Assembly (NCBI GenBank): GCA_002686595.1
Contig: NYXZ01000127.1
Span: 2,702-66,701, forward strand
Length of the DNA stretch: 64,000 bases
Direction: 5' to 3'
From: Planctomycetota bacterium
Lineage (GTDB): Bacteria; Planctomycetota; UBA1135; GCA-002686595
Both the position numbers and the translations under genes were made by a program. The notes beneath the pieces were generated by a model that saw nothing but the letters and a program-made list of their open reading frames with translations, searched no databases and had not been told where the DNA came from. Positions 48,552-57,660 of this stretch are shown here, piece by piece; positions within the stretch are counted from its first letter, which is position 1, and each line of letters begins with the position of its first letter.

Positions 48552-50038
48552 CGGGTGGCCTCCTCAGCGATGTCGGCCGCTGTAGGCGTGCCGCTCTCGG
48601 CCAGGATGCTGGCCAAGACGCGCAGTGTGGCGGTCAAGGGGCGCGTGCCATTTGGCGCCGGGCGGGCCGGCAGGAGCTGGCCCTTGTGTCCGTCGATGTT
48701 GGTCCAGGTGCCGGGGCGCTCGGTCCAATCCGGGATGCCCAGGCAGGCGTTCAGGGCCGGGATTTCGCCTTCGGGGGCATAGCTGTCGAGGAGCACCAGG
48801 CGCAGCTTCACGGGTAGGGCGCACAGAGCCTCGAAGCCCACGAGTTCTGCGCTGCGTTCTCCCAAGAGCAGGGCGCAATCCGCTTCGCCCAGGGCGGCGG
48901 CGGCGGCGGCCGGGGAGAGGGCCTCCAGGCCAGCTTCGGTGAGGCCGCGGCGGTTGGGAGAGGGATCTCCCGTGCGCAGGATCGTGTCGGCGTCGGCGCT
49001 TTCGGTGTCCCGAATCACGACGGCTGCCCGGGCGCCGCAACTGGCGGACAACTGCTTGAGCAGCTCGGCCTCTTCGTCGGTGATGAAGGGCGAGGCCAGC
49101 AGCAACGGTCGCTCGGCGGCGCTGATGAGATCCGCGCAGACCTCAATGACGCGCGAGGCGCTGGCTGTTTCCAGGCCGCTCGCACCGGCGAGCAGGGCTG
49201 CGGCCAGGCGCGGGCGCTGTTCGCGTTCGTGGAAGCCCAGGCGTCCCTCGTCGCACATCCAATAACCGTTGACCGCTTCGTTGTGGCGCGGCCTGATGCG
49301 CTTGACCGGACCATCCCGCAGCACCTCCACGGTTACGGAGCAGCCGCGGCTGCACTCGGGGCAGGTGGAGGCACTCTTGCGCAGATTCCAGACGCGCGCC
49401 TGGAACCGGAAGTCCTTGAGCGTCAGGGCGCCCACCGGGCAGACATCGGAGAGGTTGCCCTGGTAGTTGCCGCTGAGGGGCTGGTCCTGCCAGGTCTCCA
49501 CCCGCGAGTGAGTTCCGCGCCCAACGATGGCAAGTTGCGGCGTCTGGGGCACCTCTTCCATGAAGCGCACGCAGCGGCTGCATAGGATGCAACGCTCCTG
49601 GTCCAGCACGATGACATCGCCGAGGGATTTCCGCTTGGCCAGTTCGCGGCGCGGCTCGACGCTGCGGCATTCGCTCTGGCCTTCGGCATAGGCGTTGTCT
49701 TGAAGGGAGCACTCCCCGGCCTTGTCGCAGATCGGACAATCCAGGGGATGGTTCTTGAGGATGAATTCCAGGCACTCCTTGCGAGCGCCGTGGGCGGCCT
49801 CGGCTTCGGTGTTGACCACCATGCCCTTGGCCACCGGCGTGCGGCAGGCGGCCACCACCCGCGGCGGCATGTCTCCCTGGCTGACCACCACTTGGCAGAT
49901 GCGGCAGGAGCCCACGGGGGAGAGACCCCGGTGGTAGCAGTAGTGGGGAACATGAGCCCCGTTGTCGTGGCAGGCGTCGATCAGGGGGCGCGCCGGGTCG
50001 GCCTCGACCTCGCGGCCGTTGACGGTGATTATGGTCAT
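48548..50038 (-). CDS. nuoG: NADH-quinone oxidoreductase subunit G (short form)
   Basis: The start MTIITVNG forms an ATGA overlap with nuoF. There are 2Fe-2S Cys ligands (CYHRGLSPVGSCRIC), CPICDKAGEC and CILCSRCVRF. The molybdopterin-like C-terminal part is short. Confidence 0.9.
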   Translation of the reverse strand: MTIITVNGREVEADPARPLIDACHDNGAHVPHYCYHRGLSPVGSCRICQVVVSQGDMPPRVVAACRTPVAKGMVVNTEAEAAHGARKECLEFILKNHPLDCPICDKAGECSLQDNAYAEGQSECRSVEPRRELAKRKSLGDVIVLDQERCILCSRCVRFMEEVPQTPQLAIVGRGTHSRVETWQDQPLSGNYQGNLSDVCPVGALTLKDFRFQARVWNLRKSASTCPECSRGCSVTVEVLRDGPVKRIRPRHNEAVNGYWMCDEGRLGFHEREQRPRLAAALLAGASGLETASASRVIEVCADLISAAERPLLLASPFITDEEAELLKQLSASCGARAAVVIRDTESADADTILRTGDPSPNRRGLTEAGLEALSPAAAAAALGEADCALLLGERSAELVGFEALCALPVKLRLVLLDSYAPEGEIPALNACLGIPDWTERPGTWTNIDGHKGQLLPARPAPNGTRPLTATLRVLASILAESGTPTAADIAEEATR

Positions 50039-51369
50039 GGCTGCGCCTTTACCTCGCTCTGGTCTGTGACCGGCACCTTGCTCTGGTCCGTGACCGGACA
50101 ACAACCGGCGCCGGCGTGGGCCTCGAATTCCCCGCGGAAGTGGCTGAGGGCCACCTGCAGGGGAATGGCCGCGGCGTCGCTCAGGGCGCAGATGGTTTTG
50201 CCCGGGGTCATGCCGCCGGCGATGTGTTCGAGCATGTCCACATCCTCAAGCGTGCCGGCGCCGGACTCCAGCCGCGCCAGGATTTGAGTCAGCCATTGGG
50301 TGCCCTCGCGGCATTGGCTGCATTGCCCGCAACTCTCGTGCTCGTAAAAACGCGCCAGCACCAGCGAGGCTTCGACAATGCAGGCGGTCTCGTCCAGGAT
50401 CACCATGGCGCCGGTGCCGAACATGGAACCGATGGCCTTGATGGAGTTGTGGTCCATGGGCGTGTCAATCAAGCTGCCGGCCACAAAACCCGTGGAAGAT
50501 CCACCGGGAATCCAAGCCTTCAGTTGGCGCCCTTGCCAGACGCCACCCGCGAACTCCTCGACAATGGTCTTGGCGGACAGGCCCAGGGGAAGTTCATAGA
50601 CGCCTGGTTTTTCCACATGGCCGGAGATGCCGCACAGGAAGTTGCCCGGGCTCGTATCGACGCCGATGTTTTTGAACCATTCCGCACCGCGCTCGATGAT
50701 GAAAGGCACATTGAAGATCGACTCCACATTGTTGACCGTGGTCGGATTCCCCCACAGGCCAAAGCCCGCCGGGAAGGGCGGTTTCGGGCGCGGGGGACCG
50801 CGCTTGCCCTCCAGGCTTTCCATCAGACCCGTTTCCTCACCGCAGATGTAGGCGCCGGCGCCGGGGTGCACATTGATTTCACAGGAGAAGCCGGAGCCGA
50901 GGATGTCGCTGCCAACCAGGCCCGCGGCGCGTGCTTCGTCCAGCGCGCCCTGCATGCGCCGGTGGCACTCGAGGTACTCGCCCCGGATGTAGATGTAGAC
51001 GCCTTCGAGGCCCATGGCCCAGGCGGCGATCAGGCAGCCTTCGAGCAAGCCGTGGGGATCCTCCTCCATCAGGACACGGTCCTTGCAGGTGCCGGGTTCT
51101 GACTCATCGGCGTTGACGGCCATGTAGCGCGGACGTTGGTCTGTGGCGCGGTCCGGCATGAAGCTCCACTTGAGGCCGGTGGGGAAGCCTGCTCCGCCAC
51201 GGCCGCGCAGGCCCGAGGCTTTCATCTCGTCGATGATCTCCAGCGGCGTAATGGGCTGCTTCAGCACCCGTTCGATGGTTTGATAACCGCCGCTGGCGCG
51301 GTAGACCTCCAGCGTGTGGGATGCCGCCGTGCGTGTGCGGTCGAGGAGATAGGTCTCGTGTCCGCTCAT
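50035..51369 (-). CDS. nuoF: NADH-quinone oxidoreductase subunit F
   Basis: GLRGRGGAGFPTGLKW (FMN/NADH site) and ESCGQCSQCREG (N3 cluster) are present. The C-terminal tail carries a duplicated PVTDQS(K/E)V. Confidence 0.95.
   Translation of the reverse strand: MSGHETYLLDRTRTAASHTLEVYRASGGYQTIERVLKQPITPLEIIDEMKASGLRGRGGAGFPTGLKWSFMPDRATDQRPRYMAVNADESEPGTCKDRVLMEEDPHGLLEGCLIAAWAMGLEGVYIYIRGEYLECHRRMQGALDEARAAGLVGSDILGSGFSCEINVHPGAGAYICGEETGLMESLEGKRGPPRPKPPFPAGFGLWGNPTTVNNVESIFNVPFIIERGAEWFKNIGVDTSPGNFLCGISGHVEKPGVYELPLGLSAKTIVEEFAGGVWQGRQLKAWIPGGSSTGFVAGSLIDTPMDHNSIKAIGSMFGTGAMVILDETACIVEASLVLARFYEHESCGQCSQCREGTQWLTQILARLESGAGTLEDVDMLEHIAGGMTPGKTICALSDAAAIPLQVALSHFRGEFEAHAGAGCCPVTDQSKVPVTDQSEVKAQP
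50051..50098. repeat. 24-bp tandem duplication in the nuoF 3' tail
   Basis: Unit 1 is acctcgctctggtctgtgaccggc (50051-50074). Unit 2 is accttgctctggtccgtgaccgga (50075-50098). Confidence 0.8.
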
Positions 51370-51836
51370 TCGAGGCCTCCCAGGATTTCGCCCACGCCCG
51401 CTGGATCGATGTTCTCAATGTACTCACCGTCGACCACGATCATGGGGGCGGCGGTGCAAGCGCCCTGGCACTCCAGGGTTTCCACGGTGAAGCGGCCGTT
51501 CTCCGATGTGCTACCGGCCTTGGCTCCCGTGGCGTTTTCAACTTCCGCCAGGACGCGACCGGCCCCGCGCAGATGGCAGGCGATGTTGCGGCAGACGCCC
51601 ACAACGTGTTCGCCCACCGGCGCAAGGTGAAACATCGGGTAGAAGGAGGCCACGGCGTAGACCTCAACGGGCTCGAGTTCAAACCACTCGGCGCAGTCCT
51701 CGATGGACTCGGGCGAAAGCCAGCCGTCGCGCATGGCCTGCAGGCGATGCAGGGCCGGGATCAGGGCGGCGCGCCGTTCCGGGTACTTGGCCGCCAGGGC
51801 AGCAAAGTCAGTGGCCAGTTCAGTCGAGAGGGCCAT
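51366..51836 (-). CDS. nuoE: NADH-quinone oxidoreductase subunit E
   Basis: The start MALSTELA shares one nt with the nuoD stop. The 2Fe-2S ligands are CRNIAC...CQGAC. The upstream part of ORF 51366..52205 lies inside nuoD. Confidence 0.9.
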   Translation of the reverse strand: MALSTELATDFAALAAKYPERRAALIPALHRLQAMRDGWLSPESIEDCAEWFELEPVEVYAVASFYPMFHLAPVGEHVVGVCRNIACHLRGAGRVLAEVENATGAKAGSTSENGRFTVETLECQGACTAAPMIVVDGEYIENIDPAGVGEILGGLE

Positions 51837-53104
51837 TAGCGATCCACCTCGCCCATGACAAAATCCAAGCTGCCGATTATGGCCACGGTGTCTGAGAACA
51901 AGCGCCCGCGGGCCAGCAGGGGAATGACCTGAACATTCATCAGGCCCGGAGCGCGGATGTGACAGCGCACGGGACTGCTGGTGCCATCGGAAACAGCAAA
52001 GAAACCGAGTTCGCCCTTGCTGGATTCGACGCCCTGATAGGCCTCGCCCGCCGGCAAGGGCATGTCCGTGACGATCTTGAACTGGTGGATCAACTCCTCC
52101 ATCGAAGTCTGCACGGTTTGCTTGGGGGGCAATACGAAGCGGCGATCTTCCATCAAGACAGGTGCCCCCCGTGTTTCCTTCAGGCGCGCGAGGGCCTGGC
52201 TGCACAGGCGGGTGGCCTGGCGCATTTCCTCCACGCGCACCAGGTAGCGATCATAGCAGTCACCGATGGTGCCCACGGGGACTTCGAAGTCGTAGTCCTC
52301 GTAGCCGCTGTAGGGTTCATCCTTGCGCAGGTCGCAATCCACGCCCGATCCGCGCAGGTTGGGGCCTGTCAGGGACCAGGCCTTGGCCTCTTCCCCGGTC
52401 ATGATGCCCACATTGCGGTTGCGATCGTGCCAGATGCGGTTGCCGGTGAGCAGGCTCTCGAACTGGTCGATCTTGGCGGGGAACTGCTCGATGAAATCCG
52501 CCAGGGCCTGTTCCACTTCCGCATCCACATCCGCATAGACACCGCCCAGGCGCACGAAGCTGTGGTTCATGCGGTGGCCGGTGTAGGCATCCAGGACATT
52601 GTAGGCGCGTTCCCGCTCTTCGAAGGTGAAGAAGAACATGGAGATCGCGCCCAGGTCGATGGAGGTCGTGCCCAGGTAAATCAGGTGGGCCATGATGCGC
52701 GAGAGTTCCATCAAGAGCACGCGCAGTACCTGGGCTCGCTCCGGCACTTCGACCCCGGCCAGTTTCTCCAATGTCAGGGCATAGCCCACGTTGTTCAGCA
52801 GGGGCTGGACATAATCGAGGCGATCGGTGTGGGCGAAGAACTTGCGCCAGCCGAGGCTCTCGGCGGCCTTCTCCTTGCCGCGGTGCAAGTAGCCAACCAC
52901 CGGCTCCATTTCATGGATGGTCTCGCCATCGAGAGTCACCATCAGACGCAGGACGCCGTGGGTGGCCGGGTGCTGGGGACCAACATTGAGGCGCAGCAAC
53001 TCACCGTGCAGCGGGTCGTCGGGATCAAAGGTGCCTGGGGACCCGGGGATTGCTCCGGCGGGAGGCAGACCCTGGCTAAAGGCGAACTCGCGGGTGACGG
53101 TCAT
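51836..53104 (-). CDS. nuoD: NADH-quinone oxidoreductase subunit D
   Basis: The start MTVTREF forms an ATGA overlap with nuoC. LNVGPQHPATHGVLRL and the ...RIRAPG-type C-terminus (HIRAPGLMN) are present. Confidence 0.95.
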   Translation of the reverse strand: MTVTREFAFSQGLPPAGAIPGSPGTFDPDDPLHGELLRLNVGPQHPATHGVLRLMVTLDGETIHEMEPVVGYLHRGKEKAAESLGWRKFFAHTDRLDYVQPLLNNVGYALTLEKLAGVEVPERAQVLRVLLMELSRIMAHLIYLGTTSIDLGAISMFFFTFEERERAYNVLDAYTGHRMNHSFVRLGGVYADVDAEVEQALADFIEQFPAKIDQFESLLTGNRIWHDRNRNVGIMTGEEAKAWSLTGPNLRGSGVDCDLRKDEPYSGYEDYDFEVPVGTIGDCYDRYLVRVEEMRQATRLCSQALARLKETRGAPVLMEDRRFVLPPKQTVQTSMEELIHQFKIVTDMPLPAGEAYQGVESSKGELGFFAVSDGTSSPVRCHIRAPGLMNVQVIPLLARGRLFSDTVAIIGSLDFVMGEVDR

Positions 53105-53619
53105 CTGCCGTCCTCCGCGGAGTCTTGTCCGCGTCCAGCTTCCCAAGCCCGATAAAGGGCATCCGGTTCTATGCCTTGGTGGGGGAAATCCTTGCGCAGG
53201 GGATGGTGCGGAAAATCGTCCGGCATCAACAGGCGCTTGAGATTCTCATGTCCCTCGAAGGCGATGCCGAACATGTCGAAACACTCGCGTTCTGAATAGG
53301 CGGCGCCGGGCCACAGATCCATGATGCTGGGAGCGCTCTCGCTATCGGCGTCGATGTAACTGCGCACGCGCACGCGTTCGCTGCGCTCCACGGAACGCAG
53401 TTGATGTATCAGGTCAAACCGCGGCGCGCGTCCCAGGCGATCGACGGCGGTGACGAAGGTGCAGGTGTCGAAGCCGCCGGGCCCCTTGAGGGTCTCCAGG
53501 ATCGTGCGCAGAGTGCCCGCCGCCACGCGCTCGGGGACATCGATCAGCAAGGTGCCGTCGCAATCCTCGGAGATGTTGCAGGTGGTATCCGCCAACAGGT
53601 CCGCAATGCGCGTGCTCAT
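53101..53619 (-). CDS. nuoC: NADH-quinone oxidoreductase subunit C
   Basis: The start MSTRIADLL forms an ATGA overlap with nuo[23 protein letters not shown] is the NuoC signature. Confidence 0.9.
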   Translation of the reverse strand: MSTRIADLLADTTCNISEDCDGTLLIDVPERVAAGTLRTILETLKGPGGFDTCTFVTAVDRLGRAPRFDLIHQLRSVERSERVRVRSYIDADSESAPSIMDLWPGAAYSERECFDMFGIAFEGHENLKRLLMPDDFPHHPLRKDFPHQGIEPDALYRAWEAGRGQDSAEDGR

Positions 53620-54275
53620 GAGGGCTCGTCCCCCTCGCTGGATTCGCCCGCTTGTACCTCGCCCATGCGGCGCGTGGGGTTGGCCCGGTTGGGAGGCATG
53701 ACAAAGGTCTCGCTGCCCCCATCCTCGCGCGTGGTGGTCTGGCCGAGGTTGGCCAGCAGTTTGCGCACTGGCTGTTCGCGCTCCACGCGTTTCTGCAGCT
53801 TGATCAGGGCGTCGATGACCGCGTCCGGCCGCGGCGGGCAGCCGGGCACATAGACATCCACCGGCAACAGCATGTCCACGCCTTGGACCACGGAATAGGT
53901 GTCGTACATGCCGCCGCTCGATGAGCAAACGCCCATGGCGATGACCCACTTGGGATCCGGCATTTGGTCGTAGATAGTGCGGGCGGCCTCGGCCATCTTC
54001 CACGTCAAGGTCCCGGCGACGATCATCACATCGCACTGCCGGGGAGTGAAGCGGGCCGCTTCGGCGCCGAAGCGCGCGATGTCAAAGGCCGGCCCGAACA
54101 TGGCCATCATCTCGATGCCGCAGCACGAGAGGCCCAGGGGCATGGGCCACAGGCTGTTCTTGCGCCCCCAGTTCACCAGGGCGTCGGCCTGGGTGGTAAA
54201 AAAACCACCCTGGGAGGCGCTGTCCCCGAGGCCGCCAGAAGCCAGGTCGCCGCCCACCGGAGTCAACGATCCCAT
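53616..54275 (-). CDS. nuoB: NADH-quinone oxidoreductase subunit B (C-terminal extension)
   Basis: The start is [25 protein letters not shown] and PGCPPRP are the N2 cluster ligands. About 50 extra C-terminal residues are present. Confidence 0.9.
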   Translation of the reverse strand: MGSLTPVGGDLASGGLGDSASQGGFFTTQADALVNWGRKNSLWPMPLGLSCCGIEMMAMFGPAFDIARFGAEAARFTPRQCDVMIVAGTLTWKMAEAARTIYDQMPDPKWVIAMGVCSSSGGMYDTYSVVQGVDMLLPVDVYVPGCPPRPDAVIDALIKLQKRVEREQPVRKLLANLGQTTTREDGGSETFVMPPNRANPTRRMGEVQAGESSEGDEPS

Positions 54276-54637
54276 TCGAGACCTCCCTTGCGCCAAACCC
54301 AGGCCAGGGCCACGACCAGGACGCCGACGAAGACCGCCACTTCGGCGAAGACCAACGGGCCTCGTCCGGCTTCGGCGAAGGTCCGGGCGGTGGCTGCCCA
54401 CAACACCAGGAAGAGTGACTCCACATCGAAGAGGATGAAGAGCACCGCCACCAGGTAGAAGTGAATGGACAGGCGGATGCGGGCGTTTCCCTCCGGTGCC
54501 AGGCCGCATTCGTAGGCGGTGGTCTTGGCCTTGTTGCTGCTCCGGCCCCCGAGTAGTTCGGACACGAAGATGTTCACCACCGCGAAGGCGAGGATGACGC
54601 CGAAGAGCAGGAGAACAGGGCCGTAGTCGGTGAGCAT
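54263..54637 (-). CDS. nuoA: NADH-quinone oxidoreductase subunit A
   Basis: 124 aa with three TM helices and the YECG motif ([10 protein letters not shown]). It is the first gene of the operon. Confidence 0.92.
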   Translation of the reverse strand: MLTDYGPVLLLFGVILAFAVVNIFVSELLGGRSSNKAKTTAYECGLAPEGNARIRLSIHFYLVAVLFILFDVESLFLVLWAATARTFAEAGRGPLVFAEVAVFVGVLVVALAWVWRKGGLEWDR

Positions 54638-54909
54638 CGGGCAACCGCGGCGCGGCTGGCGTGGATCGGGGGAGGGACGGGGGAGGGCGCCGTGCTATTC
54701 CGGAGTTTGTCATCCGGTCAGAGCGCTTTTTCGCGTGCGAGTTTACCGGGGGCTGGCCACAGGGCAACCGGGCAAGGAGCGAAACCGCAGGGCGGGCAGT
54801 GGGGCCGTTGCCAGCTGAATGAACTGTCAGCCCAATCTCGCTGCCCAGGCCCCCGCTGCCGACCAACTGCACGCTCTGGCAGGACTCCTGGCCCTAAAAA
54901 CTGGTCCGA

Positions 54910-54945
54910 TTAGCCGTCTACATCCACCTAGCCGTCCACATCCAC
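54910..54945. repeat. 18-bp tandem duplication spanning the stop codon of the VWA gene
   Basis: Unit 1 is ttagccgtctacatccac (54910-54927). Unit 2 is ctagccgtccacatccac (54928-54945). On the coding strand this reads VDVDG-TAG then VDVDG-TAA. Confidence 0.8.
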
Positions 54946-56553
54946 GCAACGGCCACCCGAACCCCAGGCCAGGGCCTGGAGCGTGCCATCCCCGCTTCCC
55001 CCGATGCGCACGGCGTGGAACAGCAAGCGTGCTTTACTATTTAAATGTAGCAGGAAGGGGTCGACCCAACCGGGCCCGGAGTCCGTGGCCCCGTCACACA
55101 GAATGACCACCGTGTCCGCCTCCAGCCGCTTGATGTCCAGGTCTCCCCAGGTGCTCATGTGCAGCGCCTCTTGGACGCCCAGGCGCAGGCCCGTCCCCCC
55201 TCCCGGGGGATGGTGCCTGAGCCAGGTCTTGGCTCCCTGGATGTGGCTGTTGGTGGCCGTTGTCAGCTTTTGTTTCCAACTGCGGCTGCCCGAGTTGAAC
55301 AGAACCACGTTGAAATGTGTCTTGGGGCCCAAGAGCTTGAGGCATGACTCCAGTTGGTTGATGGCCTCGTCAAAACGGGTGTGGCTGGAAGTTCCAGTGC
55401 CTGTTCCGCCCGTGAAGGCAGTGTCCATGCTGCCGGAGGCGTCGATGATGAAGACAATGCGATCGCTGTTGGGGCGGATGCCAAAGAAGCCGGCGCTGGT
55501 GGCCTCGGCCGGGGAGCCTGCGTTCGCCCGCCGCGTGACCGTGCCGTTTTGGACGCCGCGCCACCAAACCTGCCAGCGCCGGGGATCGGTGCCGATGTTG
55601 CGGCCGGAGCGATCTTTCAAGGCGCTGGCGATCTCATGCATGGTGCGCCGCACGGCCAGCCCCGAATCCTGGCGGCCCTGCCACAGGCCCAGGGCCTCGA
55701 TCAGGGCTGGGACGATGGCTTCGTCAGTTAGACAAGCACTGAAGGAAACAGCCCGGCAGGCCTCGCGCCAGCTCTGACTCATCAAGTGGCGGGCTACCCA
55801 ATCCGCCAGGCGGGCGGCGGAAGGCGAGTCTTCCGCCAGGGGGATGATGGCGAAGTGGGCTTCGGCCCGGGCCGCCAGGCGCGGGTCCACGAGGGGGCTC
55901 TTCCCCTGCGGCTCTAGGAGGCGAACAAAATACGCATGGACGGCCTCATCCCTGCGGCCGACCAGGGAAGCACGGCAGGTGTTGGCCACCAGCTCTGATG
56001 CCATGCGACTGGTGGCCAAAAGGGCCATGGTTGAACGGCCGGATGTTTCTCCGACCAAAAGGCGTGCAACGGCCGCCCGCAGGGGGGAATCGGCCCGCTC
56101 AGAGAGCAGGATGTCCTCCCTCAAGCGGGTGAGATCAGCGAGGAGCAACCCCTTCTTCAGGGCCCCCTCGGCCATTTTCGCCAGCCGTTCCCAGCGCTCG
56201 ATGGCCTCTGGCTTGCGGTCGCCCTGGTCGAGGGCGGTGCCCAGCAGACTGAGCAGCGTCGCTTCGAGGTCCCGGGGGTATTCGGGGTCCGGTGGCTTGG
56301 CCCGGGCGATGTTCTCCAGCAGCCCCCTTATGATGGCCTCGCGTTCGTGATCGAAGGCCACCCGGGAGGTGCGCAGGCGCTTTTCCTGGGATTGCAGGGA
56401 CTTCAGATCACGACGGGAGCTGCGGAGCAAGCGGCTGGATGAGCCACGGCCGGAGGTTGAGCTGACCCCGCTCTGGGTCGTGGCCGCAGCAGGCATGGCC
56501 GGCGCCAGGAGAGCCGCTGACAGGGTCAAAATGAGAATGGGAGAGTTCAGCAT
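54928..56553 (-). CDS. Exported HEAT-like/helical protein with C-terminal VWA domain (paralogue of 4886..6922)
   Basis: It has a signal peptide and a helical repeat region. MIDAS is IVFIIDASGSMD, followed by GGGTGLRLG and VVILCDGATD. It shares the R-W-(x)-WW-x-G segment before the VWA domain with the 4886..6922 protein. Confidence 0.75.
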   Translation of the reverse strand: MLNSPILILTLSAALLAPAMPAAATTQSGVSSTSGRGSSSRLLRSSRRDLKSLQSQEKRLRTSRVAFDHEREAIIRGLLENIARAKPPDPEYPRDLEATLLSLLGTALDQGDRKPEAIERWERLAKMAEGALKKGLLLADLTRLREDILLSERADSPLRAAVARLLVGETSGRSTMALLATSRMASELVANTCRASLVGRRDEAVHAYFVRLLEPQGKSPLVDPRLAARAEAHFAIIPLAEDSPSAARLADWVARHLMSQSWREACRAVSFSACLTDEAIVPALIEALGLWQGRQDSGLAVRRTMHEIASALKDRSGRNIGTDPRRWQVWWRGVQNGTVTRRANAGSPAEATSAGFFGIRPNSDRIVFIIDASGSMDTAFTGGTGTGTSSHTRFDEAINQLESCLKLLGPKTHFNVVLFNSGSRSWKQKLTTATNSHIQGAKTWLRHHPPGGGTGLRLGVQEALHMSTWGDLDIKRLEADTVVILCDGATDSGPGWVDPFLLHLNSKARLLFHAVRIGGSGDGTLQALAWGSGGRCVDVDG

Positions 56554-56601
56554 TCCGTCTTTAGAGCCCTACCGCGGGCGGTGGCGAAGGTAACTCCGGG
56601 G

Positions 56602-57630
56602 CTAGTCCCGCGAGGCGTTCTCCAGCTTCATGTCCAGGAAGGGCACCGGGGGGCCGCCGGCGTGGGGGTGGTGGGCGGCGGTCAGGTGCACGCTTTCGGC
56701 TGCTGCGGCGCCGGGAATGTCGAGGGTCTCGAAGCCCGCAGCGGGCAAGTATTCACGGGCGTTGACAGTCAGGTTTGCCTCGCCCAGGACCTTGCCGTCT
56801 ATGTCCAGGGCCACGGCGTGGAAGGCGAAGCTCTGTTGTTGGAGGCCCGGCAAGCGATGTCCGGCCCGATTGGTGACCTTGACCGAGAGATCAGGACCTG
56901 AGTCGGACAGGGAGAGGTGAAAAGCCGAGGCCAGAAATGCCGGGTCCCCGGGGCCGCGCAGGCGGTGGCTGCGACCCGGGCGCGGCAGGGCGTCTTCGTC
57001 CACCTGGCCGTTTTCGTCGGGCCGTGGTTCGCGCTCGGTGAACTCCATGTGGCACCCCACGCAGGATCGCGGGCGGCCGTCGGGTCCAGTGGGGTCAAAA
57101 TCCCTGGCGAGGCCGATGACCGGTCCCACATTGACCCGGTGGCAGACGATGCAGAGATCGTTGGCGCCCGGTTTGAAGGAGTCGCCGCGGGCCGTAGCGT
57201 GGGCTTTGGAGGGGCGGCCATGGGGGCCGAGCATGGTGTCTTCCGGCCCCAGGTGGCAGGTCAGGCAATCCACGCCCAGGTGCCGGTATTCGCTGCGGAC
57301 GCGTGGTTTGGCGCCTATTTCAGCGAGATGTAGGGGCTCGGGGGCGTGGCATGAGTGGCAGCGAGCTGGGCGCCGCAGGTGGGGGAGCTCGGCCTGGAAG
57401 TTGGGGCTTTCCCAGGCGAAGGCGTGGGCGCTGCCGGCCCATTCCTCGGCCTGTTCCCCGTGGCATTCCGCGCAGCGCAAATCCTGCCAACCGTCGAGCA
57501 GGATGGGTGAGGCCGGAGCGTCCGGGACCTCTTCCCTTGAGCTTCCCTGGAAGGCAGCGAGGGGAATGATGAGAGCCAGCAGGCCGGCGGCGGAGAGTGA
57601 GAGTCCTTTGAGATGCTGGGGGGAATGCAT
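56602..57630 (-). CDS. Exported pentaheme c-type cytochrome with heme-free C-terminal domain
   Basis: It has a signal peptide and five CxxCH motifs: CAECH, CHSCH, CLTCH, CIVCH, CVGCH. About 130 C-terminal residues have no heme motif. Confidence 0.85.
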   Translation of the reverse strand: MHSPQHLKGLSLSAAGLLALIIPLAAFQGSSREEVPDAPASPILLDGWQDLRCAECHGEQAEEWAGSAHAFAWESPNFQAELPHLRRPARCHSCHAPEPLHLAEIGAKPRVRSEYRHLGVDCLTCHLGPEDTMLGPHGRPSKAHATARGDSFKPGANDLCIVCHRVNVGPVIGLARDFDPTGPDGRPRSCVGCHMEFTEREPRPDENGQVDEDALPRPGRSHRLRGPGDPAFLASAFHLSLSDSGPDLSVKVTNRAGHRLPGLQQQSFAFHAVALDIDGKVLGEANLTVNAREYLPAAGFETLDIPGAAAAESVHLTAAHHPHAGGPPVPFLDMKLENASRD

Positions 57631-57660
57631 GGGGCCAGTATAGGGGGGAGTTGACTGTGC

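Noticed and set aside
51837-52205. Upstream extensions of the nuoE ORF; likewise nuoC to 54036, nuoB to 54872, nuoG to 50104, nuoM to 44257 and nuoD to 53146
   Set aside because: The extensions run through the preceding nuo gene in another frame. Internal starts give canonical N-termini and ATGA-type coupling.
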